DNA from: Felis catus
Lineage: Eukaryota
Assembly (NCBI RefSeq): GCF_018350175.1
Contig: NC_058368.1
Coordinates: 59,956,001 to 60,020,000 of the forward strand
Direction of reading: 5' to 3'
Length of the DNA stretch: 64,000 bases
Below are positions 25,078-38,213 of this stretch, piece by piece. Within the stretch, counting starts at the first letter, position 1; every line of letters begins with the position of its first letter. A program made the translations under genes and the position numbers. Below the pieces are notes generated by a model. It did no database searches, was not told the DNA's origin, and saw only the letters and a list, made by a program, of their open reading frames with translations.

Positions 25078-25985
25078 TCATTCCAACTACATTAAAAGAA
25101 GCATTGTTTGCTTGTCTAGAGTATTATTTTCCTGAAGGAATCTCCATTTTTTTTTGCTAATTTTTGGTGTTTGTTTTATCAAAAAGTAGGACAAATCAAA
25201 AGAAATTTAAACATAAGGCCAGCTGCTACAATGCCTGGGGTAAGGTATTAATAGCTTAATTTCAAGTGATAAAGTCTCAACTCTTTAAAATATTCAACTA
25301 AAGAGTGATTTTAACAAATGCTTAATATTTGTGCTATTTTTGTCTTATTTTGGGTTGGCCCTTCCAAACTTTCTGAGCATATGCTCATGTGGACATCCAT
25401 GTGTGGTCTCCTAGCAAGCTTCAGAGCGTTGTGGAAGGCTGCTTCTGCTTCTTCTGCTGCAGAGCGGAAACGAATCTAACCAGTTTATTTCCTCAGGCTT
25501 TTCTGCGCGTCGAGCTCCAATGAGGTACACAAAACAACATCCGTCTGAGAAGAAAATGAATTGCTCTGCAAAGTGTGTGCTATGTTCGCAACAGTTCTAT
25601 CAAATTCTCAGCTCCATGTTTAAAGAGCATCAGCAGGTGGCTTACAATTTTGAAAAAAAACATTAATAAATTTACTTGAATGTGTGCATAATTTATGGTA
25701 TATCTTTTAGCATAATCCTTTATAAATATAATAGCGACCCAAATCTAAGAAGCAATGTAATATTTTATTAATTGTGAAGCCATGTGAGGCTGTTGATTCA
25801 CATGTCCTACTTCTCTTTAAGACAAATACTAACCCAGATCCATTTTGTAATGCCTCACAGAATAACTTAAAATATGTAAATAATGAGAAACATGGATTTT
25901 TATTTAGTAGTACTATGTCTCAATTTTCTCCTACTTAATGATAGTAATAGAATTTCAGTGCTTCCTTTTTAAGACTGTACATATT

Positions 25986-26178
25986 GGGGCACCTGGGTTG
26001 TTCAGTCAGTTGAGCGTCTGACTTGGGTGCAGGTTATGATCTCACGGTTCGCGATTTTGAGCCTTGCATCAGGCTCTCTGCAGTCAGCACAGAGCCTGCT
26101 TCAGATAATTTTCCCACCCTCCCATTTCCCCACTCACACACTCTCTGTTTCTAAAAATAATAAACAAACATTAAAAAA
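25986..26178 (+). mobile_element. CanSINE
   Basis: ggggcacctggg head and A tail. Confidence 0.9.
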
Positions 26179-26973
26179 GAGTATAAATATCAAAATCCTC
26201 AGTGTAAATATCTCAATGCCATATAAACAGACACAAAGTATCAATTTTAGTTTCATTAACATATTCTCTAGAGAAATAGTATTTTCTTAATGTACAACAA
26301 TAGTATTTATTGTCATTTTGAGTATGAGAGAGACACAGTTATACATTTACATGTTTATAACTCTTTGGTCTTCTTGAATGTATATATATATATTTTATAA
26401 TTTAATGCACTCTATTTATTTTATTCTATAAATTTCATGCCAAGCTTATTATGGGAATAACAGAACAGTATTCTATTATTAAGAACAACTCTTCTTTATG
26501 GACTTTGGGTTAAATGATAATATTACAAAATATAAACAATGAGTTCTAAGTTTTAGCAAGCAATCTTTCTTGTTATAGTCAACCACTAATTCAACAGTAT
26601 TTCCCTATTTAATATTATTTATGTGATCATTGAAAGTTTGGACAAAGGCAATGTTGAAATTAAAAAAAAAAGGTCTTGTATGTGGAGAGATATTTTAGTA
26701 ACACGCTCCATTCTAATTTTTAAGGACATCATATTTCATGTAATTTTATGATGCTAGTTATCAATTGATTGAATCACAACTTCATATACATATACTTCAT
26801 TGATTGTGCTGCGATAATCCAACTTGACCCCCTAAAGACTTTTCCTAGAAGACTGGAGAAAAACTCCTAGAGAATGGAATCCGAACAACACAGATTGTTA
26901 TCTATGAGAGACCTAATTTCGAATTTCAGGTGGGAATAAGGAGAAAGGCCTGAATGAGAAAAGTGTGTGTGTT

Positions 26974-27186
26974 GGGGAGCGTGAATGGCTCAGTCGGTTA
27001 AGCGTCCAACTCTTAATTTCAGCTCAGGTCATGATCTCACAGTTCGTGAGTTTGAGCCCCACGTCGGGCTCTGTGCTGACAGTGTGGAGACTGCTTGGCA
27101 TTCTCTCTCTCCCTCTCTCTCTCTCTGGTCCTCTCCTGTTCTCTCTCTCTCAAAATAAATAAAGAAGCTTTTAAAAAAATTTTAAG
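26974..27186 (+). mobile_element. CanSINE
   Basis: Flanked by aagtgtgtgtgttgg direct repeats. Confidence 0.92.
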
Positions 27187-28661
27187 AAGTGTGTGTGTTG
27201 GATCTCTTTTAGGGCTTAAGATGCAATATAATACTCTACTTGTGTCTTATTAGCCTAAACTTACTAATATGATGACTCCTCTTAAAACAAGTGGTTTAAA
27301 ATATGTATTTATTCTGACTCTTCAATTGTCAGCTGAAAATTGGAGTGGGGGGTGGTTATTGAGTGAATGAAAGACTAGTGCATAGTGTAAAACATCTAGC
27401 TCTATTTACCACAACCAACAAATAAAAGTCAGTGTTGAAATAACTTCCCTACAGGTAACATGGCCATGCATTAAACCCTTATCTAAATATTGGCATCAAT
27501 CCATATTTATTTTTTCCCATTACACACAATTACCTTTTTATAATGAGCAATAAGGATATATGAACAAGCCAAAGATTTTCATCAATTACACTGTCATACT
27601 TTGCCCATGGTGAAACATCTGACAATCCCAAGTAATGATTAAATTCTATAATTATATCATATTTCTCCTACTTAATTTACTGCAAACATTAATATTTTTG
27701 TGTAGTTAGGGGACACCTTTCCCTTTCCATTTCATATTTGAGAAACTGTAGCTAAAACAGTCTACCTTATTTACCCTGTGTGAAAAATGGAAGTTTAAAG
27801 TGCCTTTTTCATAATTACACATTCATTTTAAATTTCTTTAAATCATGAAATATAAAAAAGTAAATATTGTATTTCTTCTAAACCAAAGTTTTAAATGAGA
27901 AATTCAAAATCAACTTAATTAGAATTTAAATACCACATGACCTAAGACTCAGATTTTGTTAAGACTGTTATTTACTTAAAGAAATTTGGTGCAAAGCCAA
28001 ATTTCTTGATGGAATATAGTAATGATTTAAGTCAGGGACATTTGCTCAAAAGAACATAACTCTGTGTACATTAGAATAACTGAAGTTGTGATTTAATATA
28101 AATCACATTTATATTATCACAAGAAATTTATCATTAACCCAAGAAAAAAGACTGTAATAAGCTTGGTCATACCTTGTATGGTTCTAAACTTAAGTAAATT
28201 CTAGAGACACCAGCAAATTCAAACACTTAATTTTATGCTTCATAATCTGCATAAGTTAGTTAAATTCTAAGTATCAGTTTCTTCTGCCCTCTCTTCCTAG
28301 AATCAGGTTTGACCAGAGGGAGAAGATTTACAAAGCTGAGAAGGGGCAGGTTCTTGGTAAACAAGTTAGTGAGGAGAGTGGCAGTAAATTTGGCCTTAAG
28401 ACAATCTCTACAAGTTGTTTACATTTGCAGCACTATATTGCTGTATTTTTTACCCTATCTAATTTGTACCAATGAAATAAGATGTTGTTAATTGGTAATG
28501 CATTCAAATAAATACTGTATCTATTTAGAACATAGAATATAAAGTATTTAGGAATATGACAACAAATCATTTTAATATGAATAAAATCTCTCCAGTTATA
28601 ATAAGTATTATTAAACTTTTGAGTTTATACTCATGTGTGTGAGCCATGTGTATGTGTGTGT

Positions 28662-28845
28662 AGAATTGATTCTCATTATTCATGATAGTTATGTTCTATA
28701 AAGGTTCTGCAAATACTGAATTAGTGAATACTCAACCATTGCCTCTGGGTGAAATACAGTGTTAACTTCCTGGGGACCTCTGGTGATAATAACTTTGTCA
28801 ACCAATCAATGAGTAAACTTGCTTTATATGAGTTTCTGTTTGGAT

Positions 28846-28890
<45 letters not shown>

Positions 28891-29175
28891 TCGGGTTCAT
28901 TAACCTTGAACTCCTAGCCAGCAGCACTGAAATCTTGCGTAAGTTAAGTTTATCTAACACACATTTCTCCATAATGCACGTCACAGCTTTCTTGAGCTTA
29001 GAGAAAGAAGCTAGAAAACACTTCAGCACTATGCATGGGTGCCATTTTAAGCAGCAAAATCACTAACAAAAAATAAAAAAAATGTGGAAAAAGTGGCATT
29101 AGATACACCATGAAAAGGACATTTGTGTAAAGTACGAAAGTTGAAACAAGAAGGCAGAGAATTACCTTGTTTCTC
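28662..29175. mobile_element. TcMar-Tigger DNA transposon fossil (MER82-like) with (CA)n
   Basis: ttgattctcattattc...gttatgttctataaag...actgaattagtgaatact...cacttcagcactatgc...gaaacaagaaggcagag resembles the recalled consensus. Confidence 0.65.
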
Positions 29176-31667
29176 CTCTGAATATATACAAAATTTACAC
29201 ATGCGCTCACATGCATGTGTGCATGCACACACACACAGTAATTACTTTGTAAAATGAGAAATGTGTATGAAAGTAAATGTTTATGCCATCTTCACATGAC
29301 GGACTAGTAATATTTTTCAGTAAACCAATTTATATGGACACAAGAAGTAATATGTCAATTTATGGATAGCTTCACTCTTTAACAATGCCTCATTGAATCA
29401 ATTAGTAAAATGTATTATTTTCCCTTGTGTGTCAGGATATTTGTTACAAACTAGATGAGTGCTTTTGCCAATTTACTCAAAATGTTGGATATTGTTTCAC
29501 ATATTTGGAAAAGACTTCATTTTTGAGGAACTAATAACAAAATGAGTACTTAACTAACAAAAATACCCCCCTAATTTAGCCTCAAATGTTGGGGCTGAAA
29601 TTGAAAAGTGCAATACTTACTCTTTCACATGTGCTTTGTTTGCTATGACTGCTTTCATCAAGTTTAAGGTGAGCCAAGATCTGAATTTGAAATTATGGAG
29701 TCTCCAAACAGAAGATGAAAGAAAACAGAAGGAAAGAGCAGACAGAGAGAAGTCCAGAGTGCAAAGCAGGCATTATTCCGATTTCCCTTTTCTTTTCAGG
29801 TTTGTGATTGGTGTCTTCACAGAGGGTTTTCAGTCACATACTGAGAACTCTAATTAAGAGACTCATCTTCATTTGTGCTGGCTTGAGGGGGCACTTCAAT
29901 CAAGTGAAACCTGTTGAAGTGCGAATAGGAAGAGCAGGGGAAGTCTGACTGTCATCAGAAGTAGGTTGGCTGTCGGCCAGGAGGCAACACAGGACAGGCA
30001 GCTTCACTGGCAAAACGTCCTCAACCTGGTATGGAAACTTGAGGCAGAAATCAGCTTTTGCCAGCACACTGGGACTGGATCTGTTTATTAGAGGTAAGCG
30101 GACTTAACCAGAGCTCTCAGAGGCTGATATAAAAGTTCAAAGGTCAATTTATTATTTTGCAGTGAGGAGTACTACTTACTTCTGGTCTGATTAATATACT
30201 TTCTCGTGATGGACGTGCATTAGAAGTTGACATATTTTTCAAGAACTGCTTGGTAGTCGTGAAATCTGAATAAGGGGGGAGTTTTGATAATAATAGCTTC
30301 TGATAGTCTGACACATGTATCTCCTCAGTAGAATATATCTGTCTCTAGGACCAAAGAGATCATACATCTCATTATACTACATGAATAACGCTGGCATTAT
30401 TTTCTTCTCTGACTCTTTTTTTTTCTGTTTTTATCATTGATCACTCCTTTCAACTGACAGGTATCAGAGAATATCTGCTGGTGATAGTGATATTAAGATT
30501 GCACCAGCTTCCCAAGAACTTGGAGACACACAGGGCAATCCTGTAAAAAAATTTTTTTTTAAAAAAACATTAAAAATTAGGCAAATCTGACACCATGGAA
30601 ATTATTAACAATCTGCAACAAAACCATGAGTTTATGTATTATTGTATGCTAAGTAATTCAGGAAGGCTTAAATTCCAGTTATGATGTTCTGGCAGTAGTC
30701 TCATGGAAAGCCATTCTACTAAAATTTAATTAATTAATTTTTCCTTTTTTTCCTTTTACTTTGGTGGATTTTAAGTTCACAGAATTGGATTAATTCTACT
30801 TACATTCATCCTTATTTCATGCAAGCTCGTATCTATCTATCTATCTATCTATCATCTATTATCTATCTATCTCTATTGTCTATAGTAAAAAAAAGGTCAC
30901 ATATATCTGAATATTGGAACAATGACAATAACAGGACTTAACCACTTTTGTGTTTTTTCCCCAACTCCTCCTTTTTTATTCCTCAAACATTGTTCTCTTT
31001 CTTCTGAATCCTGTGCCCATTATACCCTTGCTTTTATTTTTACATAATTTTATATAAGTTGATGATGCTTATATGTATGATGAGAAGACATGAGAGATAA
31101 TTCAAACACAGCAGTAAGGAAGCACCTGAAGACTGACCAGTCCTCTAATAGTGAGAGAGAAAGTGAACGAGCAAACAACAGGGTGTTTTACCCACTTTAG
31201 CTTAGAAATGCTTCATGAATATCTTTGCTCTGATTTCAAGCTCATATCACAGTCTAATAAATTCTTAGTAGATTCCAAGTAAATTACTTAGAAATAAAAA
31301 CGTTCTAAGAAATTTACAGAATGTTTTGTCTAACTGAGATAGCATGTCTCGTTATAAATCTGGCAGACACTGTGGTTATAATCGAGCATCCTTAGAAGGA
31401 CAAGATACACAGATAGTTTCATTCTTCGAACATTCATGCTGGAGATGTGATTGTTGTGTTGAAAGCTTGATATGAAATTAAAATATCGTTCAGAATATTA
31501 TGAGATAACAATTAATAATCAAAAATCATTTTCCAGACTTGAAAAAAAATAAGAATTAACATTCAAAATCTTTAAAAACATGGGCTTTGGGCTTGTACTC
31601 AAATCCAAACTATGCTACTTCAAAGTTAGGTATGCTTTCTGATTCACATATCAAAATCTTAAATATT

Positions 31668-31885
31668 TTTAAAAAAATTTTAAGTGTATTTGTTTATTTT
31701 TGAGAGAGAGACAGAGACAGCAAGTGGGGGACAGGCAGAGAGAGAGGGAGAGAGAGAATCCCAGGCAAGCTCCGCACTGTCCCCATGGAGCCCAATGTGG
31801 GGCTTGAACTCACAAACAATGAGATCATGACCTGAGCCAAAACCAAGACTCAGACACTTAATCCCCTGAACCACCCTGGCACCCC
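31668..31885 (-). mobile_element. CanSINE inside a MIR-like sequence
   Basis: TSD tcaaaatcttaa at 31651-31662 and 31886-31897. Confidence 0.92.
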
Positions 31886-32888
31886 TCAAAATCTTAATTG
31901 TAATAGCCTCCCAAGTTCTCTTGAAATTAATGACTATGCCAGAAGTACCTACCACGGTTCCTGACACGTAACAGGTGCTCAATATATGATGAGTTTTCTC
32001 TTTCTTCTTCATTGCAAGGTAAGATCTTTCTATGATTGCTCAACATACCAGCTCACATGTTATTTCTTTAAATCAAGTTCAATTGCATGCCAATAGAAAA
32101 TAATTATGGTCAAACACTCATATAATACATTCTTGAATATGGGGTGTATTGTGTTCAAGACAATGTAAAGGCCATCTTTTCTAAGTACACTTGTGGTCTT
32201 TAAGACCACGTCACTGAACCGATCACTTCTGACAGACTCCAGTTACTCAGACAACTTGCTTCGGTGGAGTTCCAGCTCTGCACACAGACTACACCATGCA
32301 ATCTGCAAGGCCAAATGTGTAACTCCTTAATAATATTACCCTGAAATTTCTCATCATCAGAACTAACCAGAAAGGCCATACACCACAGTCTGGAATCTGC
32401 TGTGACAAAATGAGTTAAAATCCCAGCATGTCATATTGATCTCCTAGGCTAAGCACCTAATCATTAGTATTAATCAGACTTGAAGAAATAATTAAGAATG
32501 TAGATTGATTCTTAGAAGGCAATTATTAAAAAGAAAAAAAAAGGATAAATCTGCTATGAATACAAAGTATAAAATATCAACAATAAAGGTAGTTGTGGAA
32601 TGACTTGACCCTTACGACTTCAACACAAGTTATGCCTATTTAATCTTTATTTAGAGACAAGTTTTCTGAGAACAATGCAATTTGTGTCACACTGTTATAG
32701 GGAATTTTGTGTCCAGGGAAACAGCCCCAAAACCTTTAGTTTAAGAACCATTAAAAATAAATGCTGTTCTGCAATATTAAAGAATGAACAGCTAATGTAA
32801 TGATTGATCCAAATGTAACATTTCTAAAGATAAGACAGAAAAACTACGAATGAATCACCTGTACGGCTTATAGAAAATTAAGATTTCA

Positions 32889-33007
32889 GGATGCCTGAGT
32901 GGTTTGGTTGGTTAAGCATTGGACTGCCGATTTCAGCCTAAGTTATGATCTCCTGGTTGTGAGATTGAGCCCCACTTTGGGCTCCGCGCTGGATGTAGAG
33001 CCTGCTC

Positions 33008-33056
<49 letters not shown>

Positions 33057-33089
33057 CCCTTCCCCCTCCCCTGCTCACTCTCTCTCTTA

Positions 33090-33136
<47 letters not shown>

Positions 33137-33139
33137 AAG

Positions 33140-33222
<83 letters not shown>

Positions 33223-33223
33223 A
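32889..33223 (+). mobile_element. CanSINE with expanded (CT)n and (GA)n/(GAAA)n tail
   Basis: ggatgcctgagtgg head; aagatttc flanks both ends. Confidence 0.9.
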
Positions 33224-33224
33224 A
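33089..33224. repeat. Compound (GAAA)n/(GA)n polypurine microsatellite
   Basis: About 135 bp of pure purine tract derived from a SINE tail. Confidence 0.97.
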
Positions 33225-33527
33225 AGATTTCTACTTTCTCACTAGATTCATTGATCTGTAAACCTTAGGAATCTACACATGTCAAGATACACAAATGATT
33301 GCTATGCCAAGATACACAAATGATTGCTATGCATACTTAAATTTCAGATCAGTGTCCTAGGGAATTTTTCTTGAGTAGGTGATCAAAGCAAGGAGAGAGC
33401 TTTTATGGTAGAGGCCGTAAGAAAAGAGCCCTTAGAGACGAGCACCTAGCACAGACAGTCAAATGAAGCAAAGGTGGATACGCCTGAAACTTATTCCTGG
33501 CAACTATCATTAAAAATATAACTTCTC

Positions 33528-33755
33528 GGGGCGCCTGGGTGGCGCAGTCGGTTAAGCGTCCGACTTCAGCCAGGTCACGATCTCACCGTCTGTGAGTTCG
33601 AGCCCCGTGTCAGGCTCTGGGCTGATGGCTCGGAGCCTGGAGCCTGTTTCCGATTCTGCGTCTCCCTCTCTCTCTGCCCCTCCCCCGTTCATGCTCTGTC
33701 TCTCTCTGTCCCAAAAATAAATAAAAACGTTGAAAAAAATTTTTTGAAAAAAAAA
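33528..33755 (+). mobile_element. CanSINE, young subfamily
   Basis: Nearly identical to 19044-19266. Confidence 0.96.
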
Positions 33756-34995
33756 CATAAATTCTCACAAAGATAGATTAGGTTATTTTCTAAATTACTT
33801 TAAATTCATTTTTAGAACAAGAATGTTGAGAGAACAGTACCTGTCTATATAAGGTTGGGGCAAAACCTCTGAACATATATATTTTATGTCATTTTGCTTT
33901 TTGACTTATGTTAATATATTTTATATTAAACAAAGTAAAATATAATTTATCTCCAAGTAAATAAAAATCCTTATGATACACAACTAGACATATTCCATTA
34001 TATTGTCTTTTTCTTTACTAGCATTTTACGTACAGTAAAGATTCTGTCAGTAACTAAAACAACATTTGGGCAAGCAATAAATTGATCCACATGAGTATTG
34101 ATGGAATTATCACTCAATTTTCATATTGTTCTTACTTTCTTCTTCTTATTTTTTTTGGGGGGGGGGGAATGGGTTTCTTGCTACTTTGAAGAAACCTTTA
34201 GACGGTGACCCTTTGTTTCTGTCCACTCTTGTGAGTTTATATTTTATATCTCAGTTTCCTTAGAGACATGAAAGTATTCAGACTACAGAGATTTTTTTTT
34301 ATCTGGACCAATGTTGTGAATACCAGGTTTAGCTTGAACCTGATATTTGCAGGAACAGGAATATCTGTAACAGTGTCAGTTCCCACTGGAATGAACTAGA
34401 TGGAGCCGTAATTTTCCGTTTAGATTCATTCCTTGAATTTAATATAGTCAGTCAGAATCCAAATCTAAATCTATCCCAATCAGGTTTATAGACAGCAGTC
34501 TGGCAACTGAAGAATTACAATTCAAAACCCCAGTTGGCCATGCCTGTAACATCTATTCTAAATAGAATGAAGACAGGGAACTTTAGAGTAAACGTGTTCA
34601 AAATATTTTCTTTGTAGACATGAATGCCCAAAGTATTTTCTACATTAGGAATTTGCAAGCAATTTCAAAGGAAATATTTGTCAAATTTACTGAGGTTACA
34701 TATCTTCTTCTTGAAAAGTAAAAACAAAAAAAAAGAAACATTTTTCATTAATTTTCTATTTTGAAAAATCCCAATTTTTCCTGGAGAACTTAGATTTTTA
34801 AAATATTATGTATCAATTGAAGTGAATATTTTATTTGTATGGTACTATTTGGATTAATTTACTTTTCTGAAATTAATCAATGAGTCATGCTAGTGTACAG
34901 AATGGTTTTTAGAAGGAATTGGCTTTTGAGGAGGTTTATTTATCCCATCTGTAGCACTTACTACTATTGTGACTTTGAAAAAAAAGTAAATGAAG

Positions 34996-35625
34996 GAAAA
35001 AAAAAGTTAGAGAGGGAGGGAGCCAAAACATAAGAGACTCTTAAAAACTGAGAATAAACTGAGGGTTGATGGAGAGTGGGAGGCAGGGGAGGGTGGGTGA
35101 TGGGCATTGAGGAAGGCACCTGTTGGGAGGAGCACTGGGTGTTGTATGGAAACCAATTTGATAATAAATTTTATATTAAAAAAATATAAATGTGTTGGGT
35201 AGAGGCTTAGGTAGGTAATACAACAAATAACTGAGATACCTTTTATAAGAAACAAAGTTTCAATAACAAAGAATTAGTACAGGGCTCATCTGTAGTAAAC
35301 AGTAGAGGAAAATAAATTAATAAAAATATTTAATGGAAAATTTTTAAATCTTTGATTTAATATTTGGAGTCAAAGAATTTCTCATGTTTGTATTTTTCCA
35401 TAAGCTTGATATGTTACTTGTACTTAAAGAAATAATACATTATACAATTTGCATTTGGGATGAAATGGCAAAGTTTTTAAATTTATATTTATATTATTAT
35501 TATATTTATATTTTATTTTAAAAGTATCTATATATTTAAACCTTAACAATACACCACCTTATATTATGAGCACTGGGTGTTGTATGGAAACTAATTTGAC
35601 AATAAATTTCATATTTAAAAAAAAG
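34996..35625 (+). mobile_element. Chimeric L1-mediated insertion: inverted copy of 974-1790 (without the SINE) plus a ~60-nt L1 3' end
   Basis: 16-bp TSD aaaaaagtaaatgaag at 34980-34995 and 35626-35641. 34996-35565 is the reverse complement of ~1790 to 974. 35566-35625 is a second L1 3' terminus with AATAAA and an A tail. Confidence 0.92.
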
Positions 35626-37532
35626 AAAAAAGTAAATGAAGCTACCAGTGCTTCTGTTTCCCCATTTGTAAATTGCAAAATTTAATTCAAACATTTTTTT
35701 CATCTATTTTTAAGTTTTATGATGCTCTGCATTTCTTAAGTCCTTTATGATACCTTAAATCATGTCATCTTCATGCTATCCCTATAAGATAGGGAGAAAT
35801 TATTACTATTTTCACTTACAAGTGATACAACTGAAGCATAGAGGCATTAAATAAATTTTCCTCACCCTATCAATGACATAATTTTTACTTTAGAGGCTTG
35901 TCATTTTGAATATAAAATATTTCCTTGAGCAGATAATTCCAAGCTATTATTTACAAATGTAAATATATATGTACATATATATATTCATATTGAACTTATG
36001 AATATTTTCTGCCTCTAGAAATAATATCTGTGTGCCTGGATATTAGTTAAATGGATCTTACAGCTTTAAGCCTATGGCTTTAAATCGTGGCTTCTTGTAC
36101 ATTTGCAACTTATTTATTTCTTTTTATTTACTTTTGTATGCATGATGACTTCTGAATAAACATATCTATAAATTATTCATTGGATATCACATTCAAAATT
36201 TGTGGTTCAGGTCAGATTCCAAGATGTTGATGCTTAAAATTCAGACATTCCCGGTGGTAAAGGGGAGTTTAAAGGAGGAATTAACATTCAGATTACAAAT
36301 GCATATCAAATTCTTTTTTTGAAATCGTCATCCTTTGTAAATTTCAATCACACTATTGTACAAGATTTGTCAAATTAAAAGGATATTTTGCTCCCTCAGA
36401 GCTTACATAAGTGATATATCTGCTAAACATTCTTTGATAAAATCACAAACCAAGTTTATAAATAAGTTTTTTAAAAACCATTTTGATAAGCAAGACTTTC
36501 TGGATTAATTAATCGGGTGCACCTGGAAATGTGGACTATGGACAGGAATTCAAGAACTTCTGTTCTGAAAAGGACTGGAGAAATGATAAACTAATCACAT
36601 CATTCCAAATCTGACAAATTGTTCCTGGAGCTGATTTAAAAGACTGGAAGAACAGATTTTATCTCCTGCAGATTTTCTCTTTGGGACAAGAATATTCCGA
36701 AGATGCTCCCATATTGGAAGCTCTTTGCAGCTTCAGATTGCCTTCCACTGTGTTTCCTTCTCTCTCTGTGGTCATATTGTGAGAGATGGTTAAAATTCCT
36801 GTTGAACGCTTCTAGGGAGACAAATGAGCTGCTGTTTTCAGACAACCCTTTGGGAAAGTATGTGATTAAACTTTATCAGTAGAGGAAAATTCTGTAACTT
36901 CAGGGATTTCTCTTCATTATTCTTCTACCCCTAGGCCTTATTGGGAAGGTGGGGTTGGGGGTTACCCAGGGTGCTGCTGAAGACTGTAACAGGAATAAAA
37001 CTACTCCCTGATGCAATCTGGAGGAAAACTATTTAAAGCTACATGGAGGAATTTGGCTTCTGCCCAGGAGATAGGTATTTCATAACAAAAAAGAGGTGGA
37101 GTAGGAGGTTATGGTATGGTGTAGTGACAGCAGCATTCTCCCAACCGTAGACAGAAGATGGCATGATGACCAAAATTCCAGGCTGCCAATGACGTGGGTT
37201 CTGAAGTCCTTCAAACACCAGAACCCTTGTTGATAACAAGGAGGATTGCAAACCTTTATGTTGGAGTTGCTGGGTTCACTGGTTGGAGCCAAATTATATC
37301 AAATGAATATAGGAGATTGACATCAGAGATAAAAGTAAGTCACTACTGAGTGAGAAAAATGGTTGAATCATTAGAAACAAGGCTGAGCAATCTTTGTCTT
37401 TTGCTTAAGATGAAAAGTCAGCGTATATACAGTCGTTCTTTATAAGCCCTTTGATAAGGAATTGAATTTGTTCCATGATATCAGAAGTGCTTTTGAAGGA
37501 AAATTAGGAAGAAACAAGAGAGAAAGACTCTC

Positions 37533-37849
37533 TGTCTTAGTCTTTTTTGATGTTATAACAAAAATACCGTATACCAGGTGAGGTATAAACAATAAATTAC
37601 ATTCCCCACAGCTCTCAGGCTGGGAAGTCCAGGTTCAAGACACTAATAGATCTGGCACTAAATCACTTTCTGGCTCATAGAAGGTGTCTTCTTGTGGGGA
37701 TTCCTTTAATAAGGGCATTAATCCCATTCATGAAGGCTCACCCTCTACCAAATCACTTTCCAAAGTTCCCATCTCCAAATACTACCACACTGGGGAAAAA
37801 GTTTCAACATATAAATGAGTGAGGAGAGGTAAACATTTACTCTGTAGCA
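37533..37849 (-). mobile_element. MLT1A-like solo LTR
   Basis: On the minus strand it runs TGCTACAG...GACTAAGACA, with the characteristic atgaatgggattaatgcccttat core. Confidence 0.8.
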
Positions 37850-37887
37850 ATCTATTAAAAAAATAAATCTTGAAGTTGGGTTTCACT

Positions 37888-38077
37888 ATTTTTTAAGTTT
37901 ATTTATTTATTTTGAGAGAAAGAAACAGAGAGGCAGAGAGAGAGAGAATCCCAAGTAGCCTCTATACTGTCAATGTACAGAACCTGATGTGGGGCTCGAG
38001 CTCAGGAACTGTGAGATCATTACCTGAGCTGAAATCAAGAGTGTGACACTTAACCAACTGAGCCACCCAGGTACCCC
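37888..38077 (-). mobile_element. CanSINE
   Basis: ...gagccacccaggtacccc head, T tail. Confidence 0.9.
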
Positions 38078-38213
38078 TGGACTTCATTTCTTGAGGTTAA
38101 ACTTTAAGAACTAACTAAAATTAGAGAGAGTGAGTTCTTTACAGTCTCACCAGAGGGATATTTTTGCCCAAGTATCAGATAGTCTGTCAATAAACAGAAT
38201 AATAGTTAATATA

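Noticed and set aside
34996..35625. Classical L1 3' transduction, or an assembly duplication
   Set aside because: The donor L1 lacks a promoter and the captured flank is followed by a different L1 3' end. The copy has diverged and lacks the SINE, so it is not a misassembled read.
36870..37300. GC-elevated block, possibly retroviral internal sequence
   Set aside because: The frames I examined showed stops and no gag/pol/env motif, so I cannot support a call.
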